Source: Paramecium tetraurelia
Taxonomy: Eukaryota
Direction of reading: 5' to 3'
Length of the DNA stretch: 64,000 nucleotides
NCBI GenBank assembly: GCA_000165425.1
Contig: CT868040.1
Span: forward strand, 124,001-188,000
Shown piece after piece: positions 40,106-54,409 of the stretch; the stretch's first letter is position 1, and each line of letters starts with the position of its first letter. The notes beneath the pieces are model-generated. The model was not told the origin of the DNA and made no database searches. It worked only from the letters and a program-made list of their open reading frames with translations. Position numbers and translations under genes: made by a program.

Positions 40106-40388
40106 TTTATTATTATTTTAAACATAATTCAATTTCAGTTGTATTTTCAATGCTTAGGAATATACTTCCTATCAATTAATAAAATAATAGATTAAATTAT
40201 TGGGAATTCAAATAGTTAATTATTAGGAAATGATTGAATTTAAAGGAATTGTAACAATTTTTTATATAAAATTATATTAAATTTAATATTAAAGTTCTCT
40301 CATACCTAATATTACACCAATTGTATTAAATACAACTCTCAATTTATAAATAATGAAATTATTCTTAATCGGCTCCTCATTATTTATT

Positions 40389-41351
40389 ATGCAACAATAG
40401 ATGAGAAACAAATAAATAGGTATAGTCACCAAAGTTGCTACAACTGTGCACACAATCTTATTATTTTTATTAGTCGTGTCGGCTTGCTTGAAATTGAATC
40501 AAGATTTCTTAATTTCTATTTTATTAGCTCAAGCAGTCTGGCAATAGCTGGTAATAGAGACACTTCATCTTAGATTAAATAGATTTAATTATTTAGAAGA
40601 ATAAGAATAAATTAGAAAGAGATTTGGGCTTTCAACCTAAAAAAGCAAAGATTCTTCTTTATGGTAGTATTTTTAACATTCTTTAGGTATTATAGAAAAC
40701 AACTTATATTACCAGCAATTGTTTTAGCGCTTTTTTTATTTACAGAATAGTCATATGAGGATTTAGAATATTGTTTTATTTCTGTCCATGGACTTCTATA
40801 AATTTACCAAGGTTCTATTATTCTTGTAGTTGGAATCAGAATGCATATTGAATAGAATGATGACTATAATACTGATTTAGAAAGTGAAGGATTAATAATG
40901 AAAAGCAATATGATGTTGAGGAGATCAGAAGTCAGAACACAAAGGTGGAAGACTTTTGTAAATCTAATAAAGAAGTTTTATGTCAAGGCCTTAGCAATAT
41001 ATTTCTGTTTAAGCGTGATTTATGAATTCTATGCCATCTTTCTTAATATGCCACCTTTCGATTTACTCTCATTTATTTGTAATTATTATCAAACCCAAGT
41101 TTCAATCTATGCCTTAATTATTTGTTAACTGCAAATTCTTTTAGTGCTACTATATATAGGAAATGCCATCATTCAAAAGAGAGTGAATAGAGTTAAAAGG
41201 CTCTATGAGCATGTGACAAAGGAATAGGAAAAGCTTTTTGTTGAAGGAGGTAAATACTTAAGCGAAGTAATCTATTTATCGCTTACTATTATTATATTTT
41301 TATATTATAATAGTATGTCAGGAAAAATTGTAACTAAATTAATCGATATGA
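40389..41351 (+). CDS. Multi-pass membrane protein
   Basis: Several hydrophobic segments (TVHTILLFLLVVSACL; LILPAIVLALFLF; ALAIYFCLSVIYEFYAIF); 3' end uncertain. Confidence 0.6.
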
Positions 41352-41419
41352 AAGTCAATTAGTTTGGTTTGATTGCAATCTTACTAAACACAATTAGAAT
41401 TATTGAAAAAATTCATAAA

Positions 41420-43143
41420 TCATATTAATATTGAATTTACTATCATGTAATCTAATAATAATGTTGGACAATATCTTTTCAATGTGTCATATTCCACATA
41501 ATATTGATCCCCATCCTCATAAAGACATCTAAAAAGAAGTTTTCCTATTAAAAAATGATGAGATTCAATGGTCTCTACAATTATTTATTTTAATTTGACC
41601 TCATTTAACTCCATATCATAGAGAATCAATTCAGTATTCATAAAGTTATTTTTAATATATTAGACTCCAACCTCTTTTAGCTTAGGTATTATTAGAATGC
41701 TGCATCTGTTAGTCCTGTTTAATTTAATTTTCTCCAATTATAGTTTCTATATCTCCTGTTAAATTTATTAGCTAGTTTTCACACTAGTTTGAATTTTTGG
41801 TTCTCTATAGAATAATTGCATGAAAGGAAATTTTTCCTTTTATTAACCCTCTCCTTTTTGTTCTACCTCCATTATTTGAGAAATGAAATTTTTTTCAGTC
41901 TTTTTATTGACATTAGAATCCTCTTAGGTAGTATTTTTAATTATTTTTGGATTGAAAACTGATTTCACAACTCTAAACTTTGAACACTAATTTTTAAGAG
42001 AACTTGTTGAAACTGAAACAAAATTTTAAATATGGACATCTTTTAATTTTTCTAACTCATTTAATTATTATGGTTTCTGCTACTATTCACAATCTTCTGT
42101 TAACTGCAAATCTATTTCAAAAGATTCTTCTTAAGGTTAGCTTATTTTTTCTTGAACATCGAAGCTTGATAAATTATGTGTCTTAGGGAATTCTAAAGCT
42201 GTCTTGTTTTTTTCTAATTATTAACTGTTCCACTAAGATAATTTTATGGGTTTTTCTTGATTTTTATTTTGTTAAATTAATTTTGATAGTTCTGTATTTT
42301 CAGGTTCATTGAGAATAATTTAACATTCACAAACACTTTATTATTATTATTATTATTATTATTATTCTTTTAACTTAAAATCTATTTCTGCCTTTAAGTT
42401 TGTGATTCTTTTTTTTTCAATTTTTTTTCTTATAATTCATTTTAAATGAGCAATTTAATATCTTTTTCTAACTCATAATCAATAGATTCCTTCTTATTTT
42501 ACTTACTTTTTTTCTTGTTTTGTTTTGGCACTTCATATCTAATTGGGGATAGGCTTGTTATAGAGATTACTTCATTATTTTCTTATTAATTTAGAATTTT
42601 TCTAAAATTGTTTTTTTATTTGCATACTTTTTTTTAGATTTTTTAATGTATCTTACTATTATTTGAGGTTAAAAAATTTTGTTTCATATATGTAATAATC
42701 TTCTATGCCTTATCAAATGGAGATGAGGTATCCTAAGAGCATGATACAATCTATTTTTCGCACCCAATTGACTTTTTTTTGAGATTGGTATTAACTTATT
42801 AGATTTAGCAAAACTTCCCTTTTATATGGACTCGTATACCATTTGTATTTTGAGCAACCTTTTTGTAGTATAAAGAATAGCAAAGTCTTGTTTCTAAGCG
42901 TCTTACAAAGTTAAATAAACTATGGATACCTTACTAGATAACTTGATATACTCGTGAAATTGGAAACAGGTTCCCATGACATTTGCTATATTGTCCATCC
43001 CAGCCATTTAACAGCATAATAGGTTCTTTTTTTGAACATTTTCTTACCATAAACAAATTCTACATCGTAAATGTCTAAGGAATGAATTAAAATATTATAC
43101 TATTGTCATCACTGTCAAACTCCCTCTCTTTACATTTGCTCAT
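41420..43143 (-). CDS. HP1-like protein with N-terminal chromodomain and C-terminal chromoshadow-like domain
   Basis: IYDVEFVYGKK...YYAVKWLGWTIQQMSWEPVSNF chromodomain; long low-complexity hinge; LLFRCLYEDGDQYYVEYDTLKRYCPTLLLDYM at the C-terminus. Confidence 0.8.
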
Positions 43144-43982
43144 AATATTTAAAATAGTTTGTCAAAATAAATGCAGGAATATTATAAAACTACATTTTGA
43201 TCATAAATTTGAACTGAAATCGCCAAAAGTGATTATCAATTTACTTTTTCTATTTTAGACATTCTAATTATGTAGTTAATCGAATTAGCTGGTACTATGT
43301 TTATAATTGAATCAATTAATTAGTCTAAGCTTTTTCTAATAAATATTATAATTTAAAAGTTAAAACCAAAATTATCTCTTCTTTTAGTTTTCGGATTCTC
43401 TGTATTTAAGTAATGATAGATAAAGGTTCTAAATTAAAATCTATTTAATATGAAAGATATCTGCAATGCTCGTTTAAGAAATAATAACAAAAATGAAAGG
43501 ATAATTAACAGATTATTGAAGATATCAAGTTAACTTAAAGGAAAAGACAAAAAAGAATAACTGAATTACCGCAGTTTCTATATTAGTTAGATACCATGCA
43601 AGAATACTAACAAATGATATATTAAATGTTCAAGATTAAAAAATTAAGCATAAACTCTAAAAGTAAAATGCCAATTTGAGCTTAAAATGAATTATAATGG
43701 TTAATGCATAATTTGAAAGGTTGCATTCAACAAATTGCAATTGCTAAAAGATCCTTTCTAATATTCATTGTTTATTTAAGTTGCTATTCTTCCTTCAGAG
43801 ACATATTAAAATCAATTTCAAGTTGTTGATTTCTTAGATACTCTGCTTTGGTATCTTCTTAATAAGTGTAGTGTTAGATAAAATTATTGTTATTGAAATT
43901 TTAATTAGTTAAAAATATAATTTTAGAATGTCAATTAATAATGTTTGCTTAAAGGGGATTGTGAATATAAATATATTTAATT

Positions 43983-45202
43983 ATGGAATACACTTATTAC
44001 CTCTTTTATAATTCAGGCAGTGGTGGAAACAGAGGCTAACAATTCTTGTAACTTGATGTAAATTCAAGTATATGATAGTAAAAAGAACTAAGTTTCAACA
44101 TCAAGGATAGTCATTGTCGGGTGAAGTTCTACAATATTTGTGATAGTAAATCAAGAGAAGTAGGATTGTAGCAGATAATGAAATAAAAATAAGAAAACAT
44201 CCATGTTGTGATGGCTGGAGGAGATGGATCTATAATGTGGATAGTGGAATTATTATTGCAGCATTAAGTGAGTATTCATAGCTGCATTATAATTCCATTT
44301 CCTTTTGGAACTGGAAATGATTTCGCAAATACATTGGGATGGGGCACGACAGTACCAAACGATGTGATTGGTATGGACAGCATAGTGTTGAAAGGGTTTG
44401 TTGAGGAGTGGATGGAGGGAGTAGAGTCATATTTCGATGTTTGGGATGTGGATATTAGACTATAATAAGTATGTAGACATGATTGTATGATAAGGGTGGA
44501 TATATAAGTGAGATCAAAAGAAATGAAAATGGTGTAGGTGAAATGAAATTGCAATTAAAAGATTAGAGATATTACAAATAGATGATTAACTATTTTAGCA
44601 TTGGAGTTGATGCACGCATTGGATTTGGATTTGATAAGAATAGGACATCCAATTAGTGTTGCAACAAATGTGTTTATTGTTGGGAAGGATTTAAGAAGAT
44701 GTTTTTGAAAACTCCAAAAGTTAATCAATCTATTGAGAACATCCATAATTTGAATGATGATGATCTTTTAGAAAGTGGGTTGATATAGAAATCAAAAGAT
44801 GAGATTGTTGTTCCTGGAAATCCAGTCAATTTATTGTGTTTGAATATCAACTCTTATGCTGGGGGATTGAAAAACATATGGCTCAACGCTTAATAAAATT
44901 AAGTTAAATCATATTCCAATATTCCTTCTGTTTCTGATGGATTGTTGGAAATTCTCTCATTCAACTCCATATTAGGATTGGGCTCAGAACGATTGATTCC
45001 TGGTTAAGCTACAAGGTTGAGTTAAAGTAAAGGCCCACTCAAATTGAATTTCAAATAGAATGAACTACTGCGAACCTATTTCTAAATAGATGGTTAATAT
45101 TTTTCAATTACCAATCCAAGTTCAGTTCTCATTAGATCTTGCTAATCATTGCCATAGGGTAAAATACGTGTTTTAATCAATAAAAAGGGTCTACTGAAGT
45201 GA
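43983..45202 (+). CDS. Diacylglycerol kinase
   Basis: YNSGSGG, VVMAGGDGSIMW, PFGTGNDFANTLGWG, MINYFSIGVDA, LNINSYAGG, SDGLLE, YFQIDG. Confidence 0.92.
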
Positions 45203-45494
45203 TTATATTATATTTTTAATATGATTATTTTATAATAATAAAAATGCTAATTTTTATCAATATAGAAGTATTATAATTAATTACTTTTAGTTTATCTTAC
45301 ATGTTATGTTTCATCCAATTAGATTTCTTTTAATATTAAGATTAATTAAGTAGAGTTATAATTTTCAAAGATTTATCAAAATTCTCATTTCCAAAATTAT
45401 ATGCTGCATAATACTATAATTAATAATTGATATAACATTAGATTTTATTTTTGAATCAATATATAAATTTAAACTAATAAATATAATACAAATA

Positions 45495-47375
45495 TCATTG
45501 TTGTTTCTATCTCAATAAGTATAAAAACATCATAGCCATCATTCTGAAAAACAGAATTATAGCCACTAAAATAACTAAACATTTCCAGAGACCTAGAGTT
45601 AAGTCATATGTATCAATAGGGCTACTGTTCTAAATTGTTGTACCAAGAAACTCATCACTTCTTGAATCAAATTCATTCCAAACTAAGGCTTCAAATGCAT
45701 ATTTCATTGGACTTATGTACTAAACCCAACCAATCCAATCCATATATAAGGATTGATTAGCATAAAATCCAGAGAAAATGACCAAAGGCATTAAAACAAC
45801 AGGCAGAAAACCTGAGGCAGCTTTCACATCGGTAAACATGCATCCTGCCATTAATCCTAGAAATAATAATATTTAAGAATTACCAAAACTATTTCCACTC
45901 AAACCAAGGAGAATGCAGATAACAATGTTAATTATTACAATATCACCTGATTTATCATTCAAGTCTACCATCCAATAACAGATTAATTATTGGATTATTG
46001 GAAATAATATTAGAAAAGGAATTTCAACGGAACTTTTGCCAGTAAAATAAGCAGCAGTAGTATAGAGTTTAGAATTCTCTTCTCTTAAGAAAACTTCTCT
46101 CTCATCTGGAAATTAAATAATAACTGGGTTCAATGCTCCCATAAAACTGCTCATAACCAAAAAGAACAAAACTCCTATAGTACTCTATATTCCTTTATAT
46201 CCAGGCTCACTGCCAGCAGTCCAAAATATTCCTCCAATTAATAATCCAATAAAGATGGTCATCACTACTCTACCTCTAACTAACACTTTGTCTCTTTTCA
46301 TATTAATCATTCCTCTTCTAAAGATTTCCTTAACTTGAAATGCAAAAGTAGTTTAGATTGTTTATCTTTGTATTGCTTCTTTCTTAACTGCCTAGATCTG
46401 ACTTAAAATCTAATTTTCAAATTAATTATTGTAGTGAGTGAACAATGTTTGATAATGAGGATGATTAGAATCTTCATGATGCATCACACTCATCAAATAA
46501 TCTAGAGGATTAGAATGAGCGGGACACTCAAATCCAATGCCTTTAAAATAATCAACCATTTAATCTCTCCTTCCCTGATAAATAAATTTGCCTTGCACCA
46601 GAAGCATAACTTAATCGAACAAAGTATAAATGTCTGCACTTGGTTAATGAATTGTAAAAATGATTGTTCTACCTGAGCTTTGGGCTAGTTTTTTGAGCAG
46701 ATTACTATTCTCATATTATAAAATATCTACATTATAACAAAGGCTGTAAACGAATCCAATCCAGAAGTTGGTTCGTCTAACATGATACAGTACGGATCAC
46801 TGACCAATTCTACTCCGATTGATGTTCTTTTCCTCTCTCCTCCAGATATACCTTTTATAAGAGCATTACCAATCTTTAAATATTATTTAAATTTGTACTA
46901 ATGTATTTTAACAACGCTCTAATTTTAATGTCTTAATTGCATATTCCACTTTATCTACTTTCTACTGCGGATCTGCATACTTCAAATTGGCTACAAACTC
47001 AAACGTTTCCCTAACAGTTAATGTTCCGAATAGAACATCATTTTGCATCACATAGGATGAAAACTAAGCAAATTAATCACTGTTGTAAGGTTATCCATTA
47101 GCCGATATTTCACCCAGCAATTAAACATTCCTTGACAAAGAGATTCTTTTTGCCAAGATATTCAATAGCGAGGTCTTCCCTGCTCCAGATGCACCCAAAA
47201 TGGCTGTTACTTCACCTGGATGGCAAATTCCCGATATCTTGTTTAGGATTGTTCTTTATTCTGACACTCCCTTAGGATTCTTTATAGACACTTAATAAGT
47301 TAGGTTTTGAAAACTGACTGTTACTCGATTAGTTTGACTGATTTCTGTTGTAGGTACAACTGTTGCTGCTTTCAT
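45495..47375 (-). CDS. ABCG (White-family) half transporter
   Basis: Walker [43 protein letters not shown], followed by a TM domain ([23 protein letters not shown]). Confidence 0.95.
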
Positions 47376-47782
47376 AAATCTAATTTGTTTATTAATAATT
47401 GGAATTCCAAAATTCCAAGTTATTTTCCTCAATTAAATTTACAATTTCGATAATTCCAATCAAATCTGATAAGACTGGATAAGTAAATTCTTTAATAAAC
47501 ATTCTAAAATCCTAAATTTCAATTATATAATATTCATTTAAATATGATGAATCCAACTCATAATTTTAGAAAATTTATCATGTTTGAAATTATAAAATAA
47601 AATACTAATTATAATAAAAACCTGTATTCTTAATAATCCCTCTATATACTTATTTTGTGTTGGATGATTGATTAGAATTTTCGATGATTTAATATTTAAT
47701 CTAAAATTATATTAATAAATAATTATTAATTATCTGCTCAATAATTTGTCAATAAAAATTTATCGAGCAATTAAATAAAATA

Positions 47783-48181
47783 ATGAAAAGTAATTAAGAA
47801 TTCGAAGAAGAGGTAGAAAATTTAATCAGAGAAGCAGTTTCAAAAAATAATACAATTATGAGGGATGATCTAGAAACTACAGGAAAGTCACCAAAAAAAT
47901 AGTTCTTTTAAAATAGAAATAAGATTGATATAAATGAGGCTTGGAGGGAGATTGAAAAATTATTTGAAAATTTCTCTATTCAGGAAAAGAAATCAATCGA
48001 AAATCCAATTTTGAGAGAAGAATAAAAAGTCATAGAGTAAATTGAAATTTTAGAAACACCATAACCAAAGATGCATTCACTTTAGATAGAAACTACAAGA
48101 ACTAAGGAACCGAATGAAGAAATGGAGAAGGAAAGAATTAACTGCATCGTAACAAGAAGGTTTAAGTTTAATTTGGACTGA
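47783..48181 (+). CDS. Hypothetical protein
   Basis: Intronless frame MKSNQEFEEEVENLIREAV...CIVTRRFKFNLD*. Confidence 0.55.
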
Positions 48182-48784
48182 TTTTGTTGATGACTAAATT
48201 TTAAGTTAATTTTATAAATTTATAAAATTTTAAGTATTTAAATTATTACTAAATTTAGAAATAAAGTATTTGAAATCGATTATTTGCTTTCTTCATAAAT
48301 CAAATCAATTATTAAGAATAAAGAGATATGTTAAAATAATTATTTGAATTTAAAATAAATTATTGAAGTCCAAATTGAATGGCCAGAGAAATACTTTGAC
48401 TAGTAAAAGAGATTAAAAGAAGAAGAGTAAATGATTAATTACAAATTCAAGTAAGTTGGAATCTGTTGATCTTGCTTACATAAAATTGTATTTATTGAAC
48501 TGGATAGTAGTTTCTTAGATAAATCTATTATAAATAATTTGTTAATATTTGTTATAAAAAATATATGATATTGTAAATAATTTAGATATATATAATATTA
48601 TTTAATTAAGCGGGAAAATGATTTGTTGATTTCAAGGTAATCATAGAAGTAGAATAATAATTATATATAAATTTGGTTTGTTAAGTTTTATAAACAATAT
48701 TTTTCTCTCTAAATACTAAATAATTAATTTCTAAATAATGGGTTCTTAATAATAGAATTAAAATTAATAGCTAGTTTTGAGATT

Positions 48785-49290
48785 AAATTAATTTCAAATG
48801 GTTTCTCCAAGATACAAGTTTCTCAAACTTATCAATTTGGACAATTTTATTAGCTCACACTGCAAGAACCTCAATAAGATAATCATTTATCAATTGATTT
48901 TAAATTCTTTATGAATAATCAATAATTATTATTGATGAACAGTAAGAAAGATATAGCAGGTTCAATCAGTACACTAAGAAGAGTAATTATTTTAAGAAGA
49001 TCTTATTGATTATGAAGCGAAAGGTGATGACTAATTATATGTTATGGCAATCAAATTTAATGTTTGTGAAGACTACCTCATAAGAATCAATAATTTATCA
49101 AGTGATTTAATATTCCAAGGCTATCTCATAAAAATACCAATGAAGAATTAGAAGACATTTCCAGTTATTCATATTCAAGAATAAAAGGAAAATTAGAATG
49201 TTTATTGAACCCTAAAGCTAATTCATTAAGATGTAATGTGGATCATAATTGTTATTAGTTTATCTAATATATTGTATGTTTGAATCTGAC
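48785..49290 (+). pseudogene. Truncated, frameshifted copy of the 5' (LysM) part of the LysM-TLDc gene at 9708-11361
   Basis: EDLIDYEAKGDDQLYVMAIKFNVCEDYLIRINNLSSDLIFQG aligns with the intact gene; frameshifts near 48945 and 49185; no TLDc domain follows. Confidence 0.85.
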
Positions 49291-49469
49291 GAAAGTGATT
49301 TGAATTTTTGATATTATATATGATAAATCTTTAATTATATTTGAGTATAATTATTATTATAATAATTATAATTATATTATTATATTTTCTTGAAATTTGA
49401 ATATATAATTAAAGCAAATATTATTATTTATTAACGATTATTACATATTATAAGATATATTATAATTAG

Positions 49470-50190
49470 TCAATCAACGTCAATGATTTTTGATTTACAC
49501 AAAGTTCTGGCGTGGTTTGAATAACACTTTATTGTAAACAACATCTAAACCAAACAGAGTGGCAAATAAAATTGCGTACATGGAGACAAGTTCGAACTTG
49601 GAAAGTAAAGCTTGAAAGCCATAGACATGTTATTCATATATCAAATAATGAAGGCCTATTTTGAAATATTATATATATATACCATAAATTCCAAAGTAGA
49701 GTACAACGTAGACAAAGTAGATTAAGTCCTTTGATTCTCATCTTTAAATGAGGCTATTTTTCGAATTGGTTGAGTTACCTAAAAATAGTCAGATGACTTA
49801 CATTAAAATCCAGTTTCCTCCGTGAACATAACACATAAGGACCATATCAATTTAACTAACATCTCTATTGGCGAAGATCAACTTGGGGTCAATCAGAAAC
49901 ATTGTCCAAAACATAGTCATAACTATAAATATAATTGGATTCATGCACTAGTATGCATAGTGAGTGAAAGTGTGATGTCTTGGGATGTTGATAAGCCATC
50001 CTCTTCTACGGATGAATTTGAAGTCTTCCACGACCTGTGGGATGAGGAAGGAGTACATGCACAAATTGCTGATATTTGTCAAGTACTTTATTTAGTTCCA
50101 GAATTCTTCGATTGATTTTGAGTCAAAATTGACATACATAAAGTATGTGTGCACAATCAATTGCACTAAATGTATAATTGTTGGAATCAT
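49470..50190 (-). CDS. FAR-17a/AIG1/ADTRP-family membrane hydrolase-like protein
   Basis: KYLTN (catalytic Thr position), FWTMFLIDPKLIF, YVHGG (His), G.YPY motif; multiple TM helices. Confidence 0.75.
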
Positions 50191-50538
50191 TTGAGTTTAA
50201 TATTATTAATGAGAATTATCATTATTTAATTTTCATTTTAAAGTGTTTACTCTTCTAGAAAATCTTAAGATTTCTTTAATCAAAAGATTTAATCAACACT
50301 TTATGGTTTTATGCTATAGATTTAATAAATTAGTCTAAATCTAAGCAAAATATAACACTAGATTTATAGTTGTTGATTTTGAGAATTTAGTTAATTTAAA
50401 TAGAAATAACAAGATGTAAACTAAATTTAAATGTATGATAATATTCTAACCAAATGGATATCAAAATGATTGTTCAAATTTTGAAACAATTAAATAAATA
50501 AATATTTAAATGATGATTTAAGTAAATTTTGTATAAAA

Positions 50539-52896
50539 TCAAGGAGATTGATCCGAATAATCTTATTAATCAAGTAATTAAACTTATAATGGAGTTTCCA
50601 TGATTTCATCTTACTCATTGATTTGTTCATCTTCCTCAATAATCTTTTATAGTTCAATGTAATCTTCCTCATCGTCATTCATTTTCAATTTTACTTTTTC
50701 TAGATTCCCCTCTTCTTCATCAGAACTAGATGCTATATTAAATAGATCAATTCAAATTACCTTCAACAGAATTTTCATTTTCGTTTTCATTTTCAATTTC
50801 CTCTTCATCACTGTTTACATCATTTCTAAACCTTACGGAATCACCATCTGATTAATCTCTTCTTTCACTGAATGGAAAGTTAGAAGGAGTCATGAGTGAC
50901 CTTCCCTATTAAACAACAGATTGTTCACTTGATTATAATGATTTATTACTTATCATCAGGTTCACTGGAAGACTCTTCTCTTGAATCAGACTTCTTAATG
51001 AACTTTTATACATTCATTTTAAATAAGCAATAACTACCATCATTATTTTGAATTAATTTGATTCTGTCATGACTTTGATAACTTTTATTGTAATTAGAAA
51101 TCATTTTCTTGATAAATACCAGATTGGATGGTTTGGTCTTTTTACTTAGGAAGATTCTCTTATGTTTAGTCAGATGATACAAAATGCCTTTATAATCAGT
51201 TCTATGAGGTTTTTATTCTGTTTACTCTTACTCCTCCTTCTCAAATTCAGGTTCTTAAAATGCCACTTTCAGATTCTTTTTGTTATTCTACTCTTTTATG
51301 GGTTCTTGAATTTGTTATTCACTCTCAATTTAAGTGATCAATGTTTTCAATGACTTTGTTTTTTTAAAAGTTGGATTGGCATTATCATCTTGATTTCTTC
51401 TCCTTCTCTCTTCATTTTGATCCTCCTGATCACTTATATGATTGAGATTATCCTTTTTCTCATCTTGATCATCCACTATATAATTAACTTCAGTTGTATT
51501 GGTTAGATTATTTTGATTATCTCTATTTTCATTTTTGAGACTGATTTCATTGAATTTCTGCACTGATTATTAAATCAAGACTTTGGAATTGACTTTTTCT
51601 GATTCTTAAATGACAGTTGTATTATTGTCTGCTTATTGTTCATTCATTTTTTGTAAGAATTGTTCATATATCTCAGTTTTATTCACTTAACTATGGATAT
51701 AATCCTTTACTTCCTTAGAACTCCATGCATCACTTATTACCTTGTTAAATTCTTCATAAATGGGGAATGCGTTTTTAAGTTCAGTAACAGATTGATCATC
51801 TGATAGATGCTTCATATATTAGATTATAGTTCTATGTATGGTATCTATACTTTTATCAATATTGACATTGTCTACTTTAAGAATTAGGAATTCATCTGCC
51901 TTTTCTAAAAACCATTTTTGAATCAATCTAATATTTTGAAAGTTCTCAACATATTTATTATGTCTGGAATCCAGAGTCATATATTTTGATCTCACTGCAA
52001 ATCTCTCTTTATGTTTAGATTCTTTCTTAATGCATATTGCAAATGGTAACACTCTCTTGTATTTTTTCATAATCTTCATCATAAAAATAGGTGTCAGATG
52101 TACTCCTTCAATGATGATAGAATCCATTTTTTCATCAAAAGTATTAATTACATGTTCTAATCTCTGTTAAACTAATTCACATTAAGCCTTATATCCTTTG
52201 ATTATCCTCCTTTGATCACTGATATTCAGATCAGGCAATGTCTTACCTGCCTCATAAGTACTTGCAAACAAAACAGGATTTTCTTCTTTTGATAAGAAAT
52301 TTCTCATTATATGTCTTATAGAATCGGTGCTAGAAATCTATGATAAAACTACCTTAAAACTGTAGAAATTCCAAATCTTGAGGCTAAAATGCTGCTGGCT
52401 GTGCTTTTACCAGTACCTGAAGTACCACCAAAAAGGATTATGAGTGGCTACTTTTTTTCTGTCAAACTCCATGCAATTTAAAAATCTTCTTTATAAAGGT
52501 CTTCTTTCTCTCGAATGTACTTTTTCTCGAATACAGAGTTGAATACTATTTCTTTGAAGTGTTTTTCAGTTATTGTGGCTGAGTTTACTTGTTTATTAGA
52601 TTATCCATTTAATGGTTGATGGTTCTTTTGTTTATCAAAATTTTCTAAAAGTATTGAGTGTTTTTGTACCCAACAATTTACTGAATATCATTTCAAAGAT
52701 TTTCTCACAAAGAGAATATGAATGAGCTGCTTTGCATCCGCTAATTTGCAAGATTATTTTTAACTTTTCCTTGTTGATTTTGCGGACTATAATTGGTAAA
52801 TTGAATACTTTATTGTTTCTATTTATCATTTGATGAACTATCTTTCAGCACAAATATTACGTTTTAGTCAACATGATAAACATTAGAAGCACTCAT
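50539..52896 (-). CDS. 2-phosphoglycerate kinase-related P-loop NTPase (LPA1-like)
   Basis: IILFGGTSGTGKSTASSILASRFGI..STDSIRH; SIIIEGVHL; KHKERFAVRSKYMTLD...KYVENFQNIRLIQ; acidic tail. Confidence 0.88.
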
Positions 52897-53372
52897 TATT
52901 AATTATTTCTTAGTATTAATAATTCTATATTTGATAAAAATATAAGATTTATAATATTCAATTATTTCAAATGGACTCCATATGTTTAAACTAAAATACC
53001 AACCCTAACAATAAAGTCATGTAGATATTTCATATCAAGTCTTACATTTGATATCAACCAAAATATTTTATTTAATTTTTAAATATTATGATAACATATG
53101 AGTCATAAAATATCAATGTAATCTATATGTTTTCCAAAATGGCTTATTTTTGTATCAAAATAATTGATTATATCAAATCGGTTGACTTATATTCACTTGA
53201 ATTTAGAGAAAGGTTTTTCTTATTTTTAAGGTAGAGGGTGTAAGAAATGATAAATGGATGATTAAATAGTGTAACATTACTATCAATTTTTAACATTTAA
53301 TAGACAATATTATTATTTGCTTATTACTTAGTAATAAAATAACATTATCAGAGTTAAATTTTATTTTAAATA

Positions 53373-54382
53373 ATGCGCAATATCTCGAAATATCGATTTA
53401 GTTCCATATTTGATTTAAGCAATCGCATTTCAAATGATGAGATACATGCACAACTTAAGAATTATGGGTATCTATTGGTGAAGGACAAAAGAATTGATTG
53501 GAAAGCAAATGAGGAATATTTTGATCTGATGGAGGAGTATTTTTAAAAAAGAGCTATGCAATTGGAATAGACGGGAAAAGTTGATGATTGTTTTCCTCAA
53601 TATAAATATTAAATTGGAATGGGATATGAAAATATTGGAAAGCCGAATTATGATAAGGAGTCTTTGAAATCTATGATAGATCAGCCAATCCTAATTGATA
53701 GAGATCCTAAGTGGAAATACTTTTGGCCTTATAGGTATGATGGATAATACAATCCTCCTTAATGGGTTCCTAAAGATTTCCCTAATTTTGAAAGAATTAT
53801 GAACTTATGGTAAATCTAATTATTAAGAACAACAGAATCTGTATTAGAAATATTGTCATTGGCATTCAAGGAAGAGAAGGACTTTTTTTACAATAACATG
53901 AACAAGGCCACTCACTTATTGTCACCAATAGGTTGTGATTTGCAGAAACACTCAATTAACACAAGATTTTCAGGATATCATTATGGTATTACATTATAGA
54001 TGATTAAGATTTGAACTTTATCACTGTTCATACTAAATCACGATTCCCAGGCTTGTTCGTATGGTTGCCAAACGGGAAAAGAGTGGAATTGAGAATACCA
54101 GAATAAACTGTTTTGTTATAGCCAGGAAAGCTGTTTGAATTAATGACAGGAGGAGTCTACAAGGCAGGATATCACGAGGCTTTTTTGACAGAAGAGGCTA
54201 AGCGAGAGTCAATTAAATTAAATAAGAGGTGGAGAGTGACTTCCACTTTGTTTTCAATGCTTAATGATGATACAATATTATAGCCATTGGAGTACTTTAA
54301 GGAGTTCAGTAATTCCAAGTAAGTACCTATTAGTGTAAGGGATTAATTTTAAAAGGAACTTAATAAATTGAGTTATGTGTGA
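53373..54382 (+). CDS. 2OG-Fe(II) oxygenase (isopenicillin N synthase-like superfamily)
   Basis: DPKWKYFW, GYHYDLNFITVH (HxD), SRFPGLFVW, AGYHE (distal His), WRVTSTLF; presequence-like N-terminus. Confidence 0.85.
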
Positions 54383-54409
54383 TATATAATGTGAAATAAT
54401 TTAAACGTG

